Source of the DNA: Trueperaceae bacterium
Lineage (GTDB): Bacteria; Deinococcota; Deinococci; Deinococcales; Trueperaceae
NCBI GenBank assembly: GCA_965215565.1
Contig: CBDCDZ010000004.1
Location: 160,001 to 224,000, forward strand
DNA length: 64,000 bases
Direction: 5' to 3'
Position 1 is the first letter of the stretch. Each line of letters opens with the position of its first letter. The notes beneath the pieces are model-generated. The model worked only from the letters and a program-made list of their open reading frames with translations. It did not search any database and was not told the origin of the DNA. Shown one piece after another: positions 37,031-46,485 of the stretch. A program made the translations under genes and the position numbers.

Positions 37031-37960
37031 GTGAGTTTTGCCTCACTCTACAAGAGCGGCGTGTTAGGCGTCGCCGACGCGCCGCCCATATCGAACTTCA
37101 TCAAAAAACAGGGCTGGCGGTTGGGTGTCGGGCGCTTCGTCGCCGGAGAATCGCTGCCCGACGTGCTCGAGTCCGTGCGCGAGTTAGAGCGCAAAGACTT
37201 AGGAGCCATCCTCGACCTGTTAGGCGAATTCGTCGACACCGAAGAGGGCGCGGAAGCGATGACGAATGAGATTCTCGCTACGCTGGACGGGCTCGCTGAG
37301 CGAGAGGTCGAGCGCTACATGAGCGTGAAGCCAACCCAACTCGGGCTCGGCGTGAGCTTAGACCTCGCCGTCAAAAACGCCCGCCGCATCGCCGAAAGAG
37401 CGAGAGAAATAGACGCCGACATCTGTCTGGACATGGAGAACGTGACCTACGTCGACGGCACCTTAGACCTCTACCGCGCCCTCCACAAAGAGGGTTACCA
37501 CCACGTCTCCACCGTGCTGCAGAGCTACCTCTATAGGACGCTGGACGATCTTAAAAGCTTGCTCGAGCTAGACCCTAAGCCCACCGTTCGCGTCGTTAAA
37601 GGTGCATACTTAGAAGGTGAGGACGTCGCTTATCAAGACAAGACTGATGTGGATAAACAGCTCCGCGAGATGATCTACGTGGGGCTCGAGGGCGGCGCGA
37701 AGATAGGCATCGCCACCCACGACGAGGCGATCATCCGCGAGAGCGAGGCGTACGTTCGCGGCGCGGGGCTAGGACCGGAGCGCTACGAGTATCAGCTCCT
37801 CTACGGCGTTAAGCCCAACCTGCAAAAAGCCCTAGTTGAGCGCGGTCACATCGTGCGCATCTACATCCCTTACGGTGAAGACTGGTACGGCTACTTCAGC
37901 CGCCGCTTGGCGGAACGCCCAGCGAACATGCTTTTCATTGCGAAAGGGCTGTTAGGTTAA
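37031..37960 (+). CDS. Monofunctional proline dehydrogenase
   Basis: RFVAGE, LGE, SVKPTQLG, DME, RVVKGAY, ATHD, YFSRRLAERPAN; AGGAG RBS with GTG start. Confidence 0.95.
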   Translation: MSFASLYKSGVLGVADAPPISNFIKKQGWRLGVGRFVAGESLPDVLESVRELERKDLGAILDLLGEFVDTEEGAEAMTNEILATLDGLAEREVERYMSVKPTQLGLGVSLDLAVKNARRIAERAREIDADICLDMENVTYVDGTLDLYRALHKEGYHHVSTVLQSYLYRTLDDLKSLLELDPKPTVRVVKGAYLEGEDVAYQDKTDVDKQLREMIYVGLEGGAKIGIATHDEAIIRESEAYVRGAGLGPERYEYQLLYGVKPNLQKALVERGHIVRIYIPYGEDWYGYFSRRLAERPANMLFIAKGLLG

Positions 37961-37990
37961 ATGTAGAAGAAAAGAGGTAGGTTGAGCAAA

Positions 37991-38189
37991 TAGCAGTTCC
38001 AAAACATACTGAGACGGATGAGCGCTTACGAAGTTTTGCCTCCGGCAAGGGTATCGTCCCTTAGAGTGCGTGCTAGTTACGCAGTTTTCCGCTTACGAAG
38101 TTTTTGCAAAGCAAAAGGAAACATTGTTTTGTGAAGTGAGAGTGTTGCTTCGCAAAACTTCGTACACTCTGACCAGATGATACCTGCTG
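37991..38189 (-). mobile_element. MITE family A copy (199 bp) with four ~21-22-nt mini-elements, one nested
   Basis: Inserts at 38026, 38076 (itself interrupted at 38093) and 38146, relative to 5915-6025. Confidence 0.92.
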
Positions 38190-38372
38190 AAAGTAGTCAG
38201 AGGTCAGAATTCAGTAGTCAGTGTAAAAGATGTTTACTGAGTTCTGACCCCTCTTCTTAGTGACCGTCTCTTTGCAATGTCTATACCCTGGTTTCTAACC
38301 TTTCATTCCTGTTAGGGTGTCGTTGCAAGCCGCAATAGGCACCTTATTTTATTCTTGTGGAGGAAAAACGAT

Positions 38373-39941
38373 ATGGAGAAACAAGTCGTCAATGACCTTT
38401 TCGAACCGTACAGCGTCGAGCCGTACTCGGACTTTACTCAGCCCGAGGTCGTAGAAAGTTACCAGAAAGCGCTCGCCGAGGTGCGTAACCAGCTTGGGCA
38501 AGACTATCCGCTTGTCATCGGTGGCGAGAAAATCGAGACGGGGGAGTGGCTCGAGTCCCACAACCCGAGTGACACAAAAGAGGTAGTCGGACGTACCGCC
38601 AAGGGCAAGAAAAAGCAGATCGAGAAGGCGATGGACACCGCCTGGGAGACGTTCGAATACTGGTCACAACTGCCAATGGCGCACCGCGCCAGAGCGCTTA
38701 TGAAACTCGCCGCCGTGATGCGCCGCCGCAAGTTTGAACTCTCCGCTTGGGAGACCTTTGAGGCGGCGAAAAACTACAAGGAAGCCGAAGCGGACGTCGC
38801 CGAAGCTATCGACTTCGTCGAGTACTACGCGCGGGAGTCGCTCAAGCTAGAAGGGCCGCTGCCCACCTATGACTACCCCGGCGAAGAGAACACCTCTTTC
38901 TACATCCCCATCGGCGTCGGCGTCGTCATCCCACCCTGGAACTTTTTGCTCGCTATCCTGACGGGTACAACGATTGGTCCCGTGGCTGTCGGCAACACTG
39001 TTATCCTCAAGCCCTCGCCCGACACCGTCATCATCGCGCAGAAATTCATGGAATGCGTCGAAGAGGCGGGCTTTCCGCCCGGCGTCATCAACCTCTTGAC
39101 GGGCGACGACGCCGAACTCGGCGACGCGCTCGTAGACCATCCGCGCACGCGCTTCATCAACTTTACGGGTTCGGTGGCGACGGGCCTGCGTATCAACGAA
39201 CGCGCCGCAAAGGTGCAACCCGGTCAGAAATGGATTAAGCGCGTTTGTTTGGAGATGGGCGGTAAAGACGCCCTCATCGTGGACGAAACCGCCGACTTGG
39301 ACTACGCCGCAGAGGTCGCGGCGGCGAGCGGTTACGGCTTTCAGGGTCAGAAGTGCTCCGCGATGAGCCGCCTCATCGTGGTGCAAGAGGTCTACGACGA
39401 ATTTTTAGAGAAGTTTATAGGGCGCGTCAAAGCGCTTAAAGTCGGTCCTGCCGAAGAGAACCCCGATGTCGCCGCCGTCATCAACCAAAAAGCGGTGGAT
39501 AAAATCATGAGCTACATCGACAACGGCAAGGTCGAGGCGAAGCTCGTAGCAGGGGGCGAACGTGGGGACGAAGCGGGTCACTTCGTCCAGCCCACCGTCT
39601 TCGCCGACGTACCCCAAAGCGCCTCCATCGCCTGTGAGGAAATCTTCGGTCCCGTCGTCTCGGTCATGAAAGCCAAGGACTTTGACCACGCTTTAGAGAT
39701 TGCCAACGCGACGGTTTACGGGCTCACGGGCGGCGTCATCAGCAAGAGCCGCGCACGCTTGGAGCAGGCGCGGCGGGAGTTTCAGGTCGGGAACCTCTAC
39801 TTTAATCGCAGCATCACCGGGGCGTTAGTCGGGATTCAGCCTTTTGGTGGGTATAAGCTCTCCGGGACGAACTCGAAGGCGGGGGGACCAGATTATCTGC
39901 GGCTGTTTTTGGAGATGAAGACGGTAGTTGAGCGGTTTTAA
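38373..39941 (+). CDS. pruA: 1-pyrroline-5-carboxylate dehydrogenase
   Basis: PPWNF, FTGS, EMGGK, GFQGQKCSA, EEIFGP, follows the proline dehydrogenase. Confidence 0.93.
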   Translation: MEKQVVNDLFEPYSVEPYSDFTQPEVVESYQKALAEVRNQLGQDYPLVIGGEKIETGEWLESHNPSDTKEVVGRTAKGKKKQIEKAMDTAWETFEYWSQLPMAHRARALMKLAAVMRRRKFELSAWETFEAAKNYKEAEADVAEAIDFVEYYARESLKLEGPLPTYDYPGEENTSFYIPIGVGVVIPPWNFLLAILTGTTIGPVAVGNTVILKPSPDTVIIAQKFMECVEEAGFPPGVINLLTGDDAELGDALVDHPRTRFINFTGSVATGLRINERAAKVQPGQKWIKRVCLEMGGKDALIVDETADLDYAAEVAAASGYGFQGQKCSAMSRLIVVQEVYDEFLEKFIGRVKALKVGPAEENPDVAAVINQKAVDKIMSYIDNGKVEAKLVAGGERGDEAGHFVQPTVFADVPQSASIACEEIFGPVVSVMKAKDFDHALEIANATVYGLTGGVISKSRARLEQARREFQVGNLYFNRSITGALVGIQPFGGYKLSGTNSKAGGPDYLRLFLEMKTVVERF

Positions 39942-40032
39942 GAGTTTTAGAGGAGCGGCAGAGGCGAGAAGCACTGCGTCTCTGCCCTCTTTCATATTGC
40001 GATGAGATTGCACTTGTAACCGGGGTAGAGTA

Positions 40033-40695
40033 GTGAGTATTGACTATTTCAACAGTGGCGACGCTGTCGTTCACCGAGGCGTTTATAAAGGCAAAGTCTG
40101 GATTGCTCGAGCTGTAAGAGTCGTTGAGGATACGCTAACATGCACCAAACTCCTTCTTGCACCTGGAACGCTCTGTAAATTCTCGGCTGGACTTGTAGCT
40201 CGAAAGTACAGCAACGACTCTAAAAACGCGCCGCAAAGCCGCTGGGACGAACAAGAAACCGTAGACTGGCAACTTGTAGACCGAATTTGGCGAGAGAAGC
40301 GCTTTCTAATCCTTTTGCAACCCGGTCAATACTACTCTATTCAACTCTGTTGGCAGCACGATACCGGAAAGTTTCTCGGCTGGTACGTCAACTTCGAATT
40401 ACCCTTCACACGCAACCATATAGGTTTCGACACGCTCGACCTAGAACTTGACCTCATCATCAAACCAGACTTATCTCTCCACTGGAAAGACACCGATGAA
40501 TACTACGAGGGGGTTAGACGCGGCATTATCACATCCGACCAAATTTCAGGAATCGAAGAGGCTAAACAAGAAGTCTTCGATCTTATCAAGAGGAAAGTTG
40601 CACCCTTTGACGGAAGTTTGCTAACTTGGCGACCTCCTAATGACTGGTCCTTACCTACGCTTTCTCCAGGCTGGAACTCAACGCATGAAGATTGA
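40033..40695 (+). CDS. DUF402 family protein
   Basis: GWYVNFE.P...DTLDLELDL...WKD.DEY. Confidence 0.85.
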   Translation: MSIDYFNSGDAVVHRGVYKGKVWIARAVRVVEDTLTCTKLLLAPGTLCKFSAGLVARKYSNDSKNAPQSRWDEQETVDWQLVDRIWREKRFLILLQPGQYYSIQLCWQHDTGKFLGWYVNFELPFTRNHIGFDTLDLELDLIIKPDLSLHWKDTDEYYEGVRRGIITSDQISGIEEAKQEVFDLIKRKVAPFDGSLLTWRPPNDWSLPTLSPGWNSTHED

Positions 40696-40769
40696 TTCTA
40701 CTGCGAAATCTCGAGCCCTGAACTCGCCTCCAAAATATTGCATACTCTTTGTATCTACTTGGAGGTTTT

Positions 40770-41012
40770 ATGAAAACCAAAGTTCAAAAGTGGGGCAACA
40801 GTTTAGCTTTGCGCATCCCCAAATCGTTCGCCGCAGAGACGAAGATAGGGCCCGACACCGAAGTTGACTTGAGCTTAGTCGAGGGCAAGCTCGTCGTTAC
40901 ACCTCTCAAGAGGTCTAAGTATTCGCTCGAGCAACTCGTAGAGGGCATCACCGAAGAAAACACGCACGCCGAAGTAGATACAGGTGAACCCGTAGGCAAA
41001 GAGGTCTGGTGA
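40770..41012 (+). CDS. mazE: AbrB/MazE-type antitoxin
   Basis: KVQKWGNSLALRIP...YSLEQLV.GIT.EN.H.EVD.G.PVGKEVW; GGAGG RBS. Confidence 0.9.
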   Translation: MKTKVQKWGNSLALRIPKSFAAETKIGPDTEVDLSLVEGKLVVTPLKRSKYSLEQLVEGITEENTHAEVDTGEPVGKEVW

Positions 41013-41043
41013 TAAGCGGCTCGCTCGGTGTTCTCACATGAGG

Positions 41044-41985
41044 TTACGAGACGACGTTCTCGAGTTCCTCCCCTGCTAAAAAACGCGCCACGTTCCGTTC
41101 GATGAGGTCCTCTGCGCCGCGCGGTCTGCCCCCGGCAGCGTGCGGCGAGATAAAGGCGTTGTCTAGGTCCCAAAGAGGTGAGTCGCTCGGCAGCGGCTCC
41201 GTCTCGAACACGTCCAACATCGCGCCTGCAATTCTCTTCTCCTTCAAAGCGTCAGCGAGCGCCACCTCGTCAACGGTGTCGCCGCGCCCGACGTTGACGA
41301 GCCACGCGTGAGCGGGGAGCTGCGCTAACTTCTGCGCGCCGAGCGCGTGCTTCGTCGCGTCCGTGGAGGGCAGAATCATCACGAGCGCGTCGGTACGGGG
41401 TAGCAGCTCTGACAAGTCGTCCTCTTTGCGGACTGGGAAGCCCGCGCGTTCGCCCTCGCTGCGGGCGACGCCCGTGACTTTTGCGCCCAAAGTCTCGAGG
41501 AGGGGCGCGAGCGTCTGCCCGATGCTGCCGAAGCCCCAGATGGTGACGTTCGCGTCTTCCAAGGTGCGAAAGTCATCCCTGGGTTTGACGGGCTGCACGC
41601 CGCCGAGTTTACCAGGCCAGCGCCCTTCGCGCTGCGCGTCGCGCATCTCGTGAAAGCGCCGCGCCGCGACGAGCAGAAGCCCGAGCGCGTGCTCCGCTAC
41701 CGTCCGGTCGTGCAGCCCGCTCCCCGAAGTGACGATGATGTCCGAGTCGAAACCTGCCCCCAAAACCTTGTCCGGTCCCGCCGCCAACGACTGAATCCAT
41801 CTGAGCCTTGTGAGGCGCGCCGCCGTGTCGCGGAGCATCTCGGGCGTGTTGCCCCATACGACGAGCACCTCGGCGTCCTCATGCTCGGATGGGAGAGGTT
41901 GGTCAGTCGCGTAGGGGTGAGCCTCGACCTCGCTAGGCAAGGCGGAGAGGTCTAGGCCCGTGGAGGTAGGGTAGAGTAGCTTCAT
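41044..41985 (-). CDS. D-isomer-specific 2-hydroxyacid dehydrogenase
   Basis: GFGSIG, VNVGRG, LDVFETEPL, SPHAAG. Confidence 0.92.
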   Translation of the reverse strand: MKLLYPTSTGLDLSALPSEVEAHPYATDQPLPSEHEDAEVLVVWGNTPEMLRDTAARLTRLRWIQSLAAGPDKVLGAGFDSDIIVTSGSGLHDRTVAEHALGLLLVAARRFHEMRDAQREGRWPGKLGGVQPVKPRDDFRTLEDANVTIWGFGSIGQTLAPLLETLGAKVTGVARSEGERAGFPVRKEDDLSELLPRTDALVMILPSTDATKHALGAQKLAQLPAHAWLVNVGRGDTVDEVALADALKEKRIAGAMLDVFETEPLPSDSPLWDLDNAFISPHAAGGRPRGAEDLIERNVARFLAGEELENVVS

Positions 41986-42215
41986 AGCGCTACCTTATCA
42001 GAGTTTGGGGCGTCTGCGTCCTTGGGGGCGTCAGCAGAGAGGCTGCCCTGACTTCGGGCAGCCTCCGCGCACTTGATTGGGATATTCATCCTACCTCTTC
42101 GGGCGACGCCGCTACGTCAGGTATGCACCGAAACGGCTACCGGGGTCGGCGTCAGCGCTGTGAAGTGAGGCAAAATGCATCTCCCGCCCATATAGATCTG
42201 CTCTAGGATGAACCT

Positions 42216-43865
42216 ATGGTCTGGTTTGTACCTTTTGCTATATCTATATTCGTTATATCTATAAGAGAACGGCACCCTGGCGCTTACGCCCGGCGCGCCA
42301 CCTTCGCGCTCGTCCTGCTCGCATCGGTGCTCACGTCCGCCGCTGCGCAGGGCGGCTTCAACGCAAACACTTACTATCAGCAATGCTTGCGGTTCGAGGC
42401 GGGGGGTGACCTCGAGACGGCGCGTCAGAGCTGTCTCAACGCGCTCAATATCCGCGCTGAATTCAGCGCGGCGACGCTGGCGCTCGCGCGTATCGAGCTA
42501 GGGCTCGGCAGACTCGGCGAGGCAAAGGCGCGTCTTTTGGAGCTTTCGCGGAGCGCCGCCCAAAGCGCTGAAGCGGCGTTGCTCCTCGCTGAAATTGCTC
42601 TAGAGGAGGGTGGCCTGAACGAAGCGGAGGCCTACCTGGAGCGAGCGCAGCGAGACTCGCGAGCCGGTCAATCCCTAGAGGCGCGGCAACACTTCCTCAG
42701 CGGTCAGCTCGCGCAGGCGCGTCGGCGCTCCGCTGACGCGCTCGCTTATTTTCAAAGCGCCGTCGAAGCGGAGCCGCAAAATATGACGTACCGCCTCGCG
42801 TTTGCGCGGTTGCAACTTGGACGCGGCGACGCGGCGGCGGCGGTGCAGACCTTGCAGAGCGCGTCCGGGCGCTCCGCTGACCTGCTCTCGCTGCTCGCGC
42901 AGGCGCAGTGGTTGGAGGGTGACTTGACGGGGGCGGCGCGCAACTTCGAGGCGGCCGTCGCCGCGCGGGGCTTTACGGATAGTGACAGGGCGGCGCGCGA
43001 TCTGCGCAACCTCGTTTTGGTCTATTACGGTCAAGGCGACGTGCAGCGCGGCGAACTCGCCCTTAAAACGGCGCTGCGGCGCGGCGACTTGCGCGAAACG
43101 GTCCTCGGGCAAAGCACGCTCTGGCTGGTTGGCTTCGTGGTCCTTTTGGCGCTTCACCTCATGGGGGAGAGCCGCGTCGAGCAGACCTCGAGCTTGGAGC
43201 CCACGCAACACCCCGAGCCCTGGACCGTCGGGCAGGTCTACCGCGTTCTCTTCGTCGCGCTCATCGCTGCGCTCAGCCTGGTGATTCTCTACGGCTATAT
43301 CCGCTACGAGAACCTCCTCGCTCTTTTGACGCCTTTACAAAGCGCCGAGATGAGGGCGCTCTTCTTGGCGGCGCTGGCGCTTCTGCTCGCGGGGCTCTCG
43401 CTCTGGCGCGTCACGGTGAACGGTTGGCAACCCGTCAAGACGCTCCTCGGACCCCCCTCTCAGGCACTTCTAGGCGTGGGGCTAGGCGGGCTCTTGCTCG
43501 CAGGGACGTTCGGCTTCCAAGCGTACGCGGCGGGGGCGTTCTGGGACGGACTCTACCCGGCGAACGTGCCCCTCTTTCCCGCGCTCATCGCGGTGCTCGC
43601 GCTGCCCTTCGCCGAACTCTTTTTCCGCGCCTTTGCCATTCCCTCGCTCGAGCGCCGCTACACCCCCTTCTACGGGGTGGCTATCTCGAGTGTGCTCTAC
43701 GCGCTTGTGCTCGGCACGCCGCTCTTGCTCCTCTTCATCGTTGGCACCGTCCTGGGCGTCGTCTACTGGCACACGAAGAGCGGCTTCACCCCGTTGCTCG
43801 CGCAGCTCACCTTTAACGTCGGGCTCTTGCTGAGCGCCAGCGGGCTGCTCACCCCGTTTTTTTAG
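42216..43865 (+). CDS. TPR-repeat protein fused to a CPBP/CAAX-protease-like membrane domain
   Basis: Signal-like N-terminus, TPR-like Ala/Leu helices, about 8 TM segments, AELFFR. Confidence 0.75.
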   Translation: MVWFVPFAISIFVISIRERHPGAYARRATFALVLLASVLTSAAAQGGFNANTYYQQCLRFEAGGDLETARQSCLNALNIRAEFSAATLALARIELGLGRLGEAKARLLELSRSAAQSAEAALLLAEIALEEGGLNEAEAYLERAQRDSRAGQSLEARQHFLSGQLAQARRRSADALAYFQSAVEAEPQNMTYRLAFARLQLGRGDAAAAVQTLQSASGRSADLLSLLAQAQWLEGDLTGAARNFEAAVAARGFTDSDRAARDLRNLVLVYYGQGDVQRGELALKTALRRGDLRETVLGQSTLWLVGFVVLLALHLMGESRVEQTSSLEPTQHPEPWTVGQVYRVLFVALIAALSLVILYGYIRYENLLALLTPLQSAEMRALFLAALALLLAGLSLWRVTVNGWQPVKTLLGPPSQALLGVGLGGLLLAGTFGFQAYAAGAFWDGLYPANVPLFPALIAVLALPFAELFFRAFAIPSLERRYTPFYGVAISSVLYALVLGTPLLLLFIVGTVLGVVYWHTKSGFTPLLAQLTFNVGLLLSASGLLTPFF

Positions 43866-43888
43866 GGGATTCAAAACAAGGCGTTAAA

Positions 43889-43916
43889 GGAGGGGAAGGC
43901 TCGAGCCTTCCCCTCC
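43889..43916. terminator. Perfect palindrome between convergent genes
   Basis: GGAGGGGAAGGCTCGAGCCTTCCCCTCC. Confidence 0.75.
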
Positions 43917-43972
43917 AAGTTATTCGCGGCGACGCGCTTCTAAAGCTTAACGGCGCGCTGCAAACGTGAAGG

Positions 43973-44518
43973 CTAGTCGTTAGGGTCTAAGATAACGGAC
44001 GCGCCGGAGACTCTTCGGTCAGCTTGATCAGGCGCTTCCTCGTCTCGAGTCCCTTGCGCGGACTCTTGCGCCGGCTCCGGCTGCGCGTCGAGGCTCCTTT
44101 CATACGCGCGGAGCATCCCGCGAAACTGCTCGCGGAAGAGCTTGTGCTCGCGCCTGGTGCGCTCCAACTCCGCCTTGAGGTTGTGAAGTTGCGCTTCGGC
44201 GTCGCGCAAGATATCGTCTCGCTTCGCCCTGCCCTCTTGAACGGTCAGCTCTGCCTCGCGCTGCGCCTGCTCTTTCAGCTCGTTGCCGATGCGCTCCGCT
44301 GAAACCACCGCGCGCCGCAACTCCAGCTCGCCTACCTGAAGTTCTTCGATGCGCTCGCTCTGCCCCTCCAACTCGTTTTGCAAGTCTTGATTGTCGCGCA
44401 AGAGGTCCTCAAAGGTGTCCGCGACGCGCTCCAAAAACTCGCGTACCTGTTTCTTTTTATAACCGCTCATGGCGGTGTCGAACTCCTGATGCTGAATGTC
44501 TAGCGGGCTTAGCTTCAT
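43973..44518 (-). CDS. divIVA: DivIVA domain protein
   Basis: MKLSPLDIQHQEF...GY...QV.EFL followed by coiled coil. Confidence 0.92.
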   Translation of the reverse strand: MKLSPLDIQHQEFDTAMSGYKKKQVREFLERVADTFEDLLRDNQDLQNELEGQSERIEELQVGELELRRAVVSAERIGNELKEQAQREAELTVQEGRAKRDDILRDAEAQLHNLKAELERTRREHKLFREQFRGMLRAYERSLDAQPEPAQESAQGTRDEEAPDQADRRVSGASVILDPND

Positions 44519-44711
44519 GGGGAGAGTATAGCAGGTCTGGAAAATGCGCTGAAACGTTGTTTTCTATCTTTTTTTGGGAAGCGTTGCGGCGTGATTAGGA
44601 AGAGAAAAGCAACGAGTAGCGAGCAATGAGTGGAAGTCAAAGGCTCGAGAACTTAACGAGAGGGTGAAACCTCTTGCTCGTCTTCATAGCTTTCTCGAGC
44701 CCTTCAACTCT

Positions 44712-45347
44712 CTACTCAAACAGTGCCGAGCCGATACGTACGCACGTCGTGCCCTCTTCTACCGCAACCTCGAAGTCACCGCTCATCCCCATCGACAGTT
44801 CTTTAAGCCCTAACCTCTCGTTTAATTCCCTGAGCCTGCGGAAGACAGGGCGGGCGTCCTCGGGGTTGTCGGAGTAGGGCGCGATGGTCATGAGCCCCGC
44901 CACCTCGACGTGCGCCAAACCTTGCGCGTGCCGCACCAAGCTCTCGGCATTTGTAAGCGCTGCGCCCTCTTTGGAGTCTTCGCCCGCCACGTTGACCTCC
45001 ACCATCACCCGAAAGGTGTGCTCGCGCTTCGCGCCCTGCTTGTCTAACTCGTCGGCGAGCCGCGCCGAGTTGAGCGAGTGGATTGTGTGAAAGGGCGCGC
45101 AATACTTGACCTTGTTGCGCTGCAAGTTGCCGATAAAGTGCCACTCGGCCTGCAAGACCTCATATTTGTCCTGCCACTCCTGCACGCGGTTCTCGCCCAG
45201 AATAGCGTGACCATACTGGAGCACCGCGTCTTCGATCTCTTCGGCGCTATGTCCCTTGGTGACGGCGACGAGTTTGACCTCATTCGGGTCGCGGTCGGCG
45301 CGTTCGCAGGCTGCCTCGAGCCTTTCCCTGACCTCTTTAAGCGACAT
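44712..45347 (-). CDS. yggS: PLP homeostasis protein
   Basis: VAVTK, GENRVQE, WHFIGNLQRNK, LSMGMSGDF, RIGSALF. Confidence 0.95.
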   Translation of the reverse strand: MSLKEVRERLEAACERADRDPNEVKLVAVTKGHSAEEIEDAVLQYGHAILGENRVQEWQDKYEVLQAEWHFIGNLQRNKVKYCAPFHTIHSLNSARLADELDKQGAKREHTFRVMVEVNVAGEDSKEGAALTNAESLVRHAQGLAHVEVAGLMTIAPYSDNPEDARPVFRRLRELNERLGLKELSMGMSGDFEVAVEEGTTCVRIGSALFE

Positions 45348-45542
45348 CTTTAAGTAACATTGTGATCAGACATTAAGACTCAACCTCTTTGAACGCAGCG
45401 TCGTTCTTCTGTTGGGTCAAGAGGTGCGTGCGAACACTCGAGCCCGTTCTCCGCAACCTCTTCGTTAAAGAGAAGCTACAGTACCTTTCAGACATAATGA
45501 CTCGTTCATGACAATTTGTTACTCGAGCCCCACTAGACACCC

Positions 45543-46394
45543 TCACAGCTTAGGCAAAAGCGCCTTGACGAGCCGCCGAAACGCCGGACCGGACTTCGCT
45601 GCTGTTTCCAACACCTCGTCGCTGTCGGCGTGGTGCGCGCTGTCGGGCACCGCCATGTCCGTGACCGAGGAGAGTCCCAGCACGCGCATCCCTTCGTGGC
45701 GAGCGGCGATGACCTCGTGTACGGTGGACATGCCGATGGCGTCCGCACCCCACGCGCGAAAGGCGCGCAGCTCGGCGCGGCTCGCGTAGCTCGGACCGCT
45801 GATGGCTAAGTAGACCCCTTCGCGAAGCCCGATATCTTCAGCCCTCGCCGTCTGCCGCGCAAGTGCCAAGTAGTCGGGGTCGTAAGCGTCGAATAGGACC
45901 GGAAAGCGCGGTCCTAGCGCGTCGTCGTTGGGTCCGACGAGCGGGTTCGCGCCCGTGAAGTTGATGAAGTCGCGTTGGAGCATCAGCTCGCCCGCGCGCC
46001 AGTTTGGGTTGAGACCGCCACAGGCGTTCGAGACGAGCAAGGTGGACGCGCCGAGCGCGTGCATGACGCGCACCGGGAAGGCGGCGGCTTGCGCGGAGAT
46101 GCCCTCGTAGAAGTGGACGCGCCCATTCATCGCGACGATCTTTCTGCCCGCCAGTTCGCCCAGGATAAGCTCGCCCGCGTGCCCTGGCGCGGTGCTTGCG
46201 GCGAACCCTGGGATGTCGCTGTAGGAGAGCGTCGCGCTAGCGTCGATGTCGCCCGCCAAGGGACCCAAGCCGGAGCCTAGCGTAATGGCAACCTCGGGCG
46301 TGAGGTCCGTCGCCTCGCGGATTCTCGCGACTGCCTCGGTGACTTTGTCCTGCGTCAAGAGGTCCGCGTCGGGAAGGGTATGAGAGTCGGTCAT
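45543..46394 (-). CDS. punA: Purine-nucleoside phosphorylase (trimeric type)
   Basis: LGSGLG, GHAG, GRVHFYEG, NACGG, GMSTVHE. Confidence 0.92.
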   Translation of the reverse strand: MTDSHTLPDADLLTQDKVTEAVARIREATDLTPEVAITLGSGLGPLAGDIDASATLSYSDIPGFAASTAPGHAGELILGELAGRKIVAMNGRVHFYEGISAQAAAFPVRVMHALGASTLLVSNACGGLNPNWRAGELMLQRDFINFTGANPLVGPNDDALGPRFPVLFDAYDPDYLALARQTARAEDIGLREGVYLAISGPSYASRAELRAFRAWGADAIGMSTVHEVIAARHEGMRVLGLSSVTDMAVPDSAHHADSDEVLETAAKSGPAFRRLVKALLPKL

Positions 46395-46485
46395 AGAAGC
46401 ATCATAACAACCGCGCTGGGCGCTGCAGTGGAGGCTGGGGAGCGGACCGCCGCAGGGTACACCCGCCGTGGTATGTTGGCGCTCT

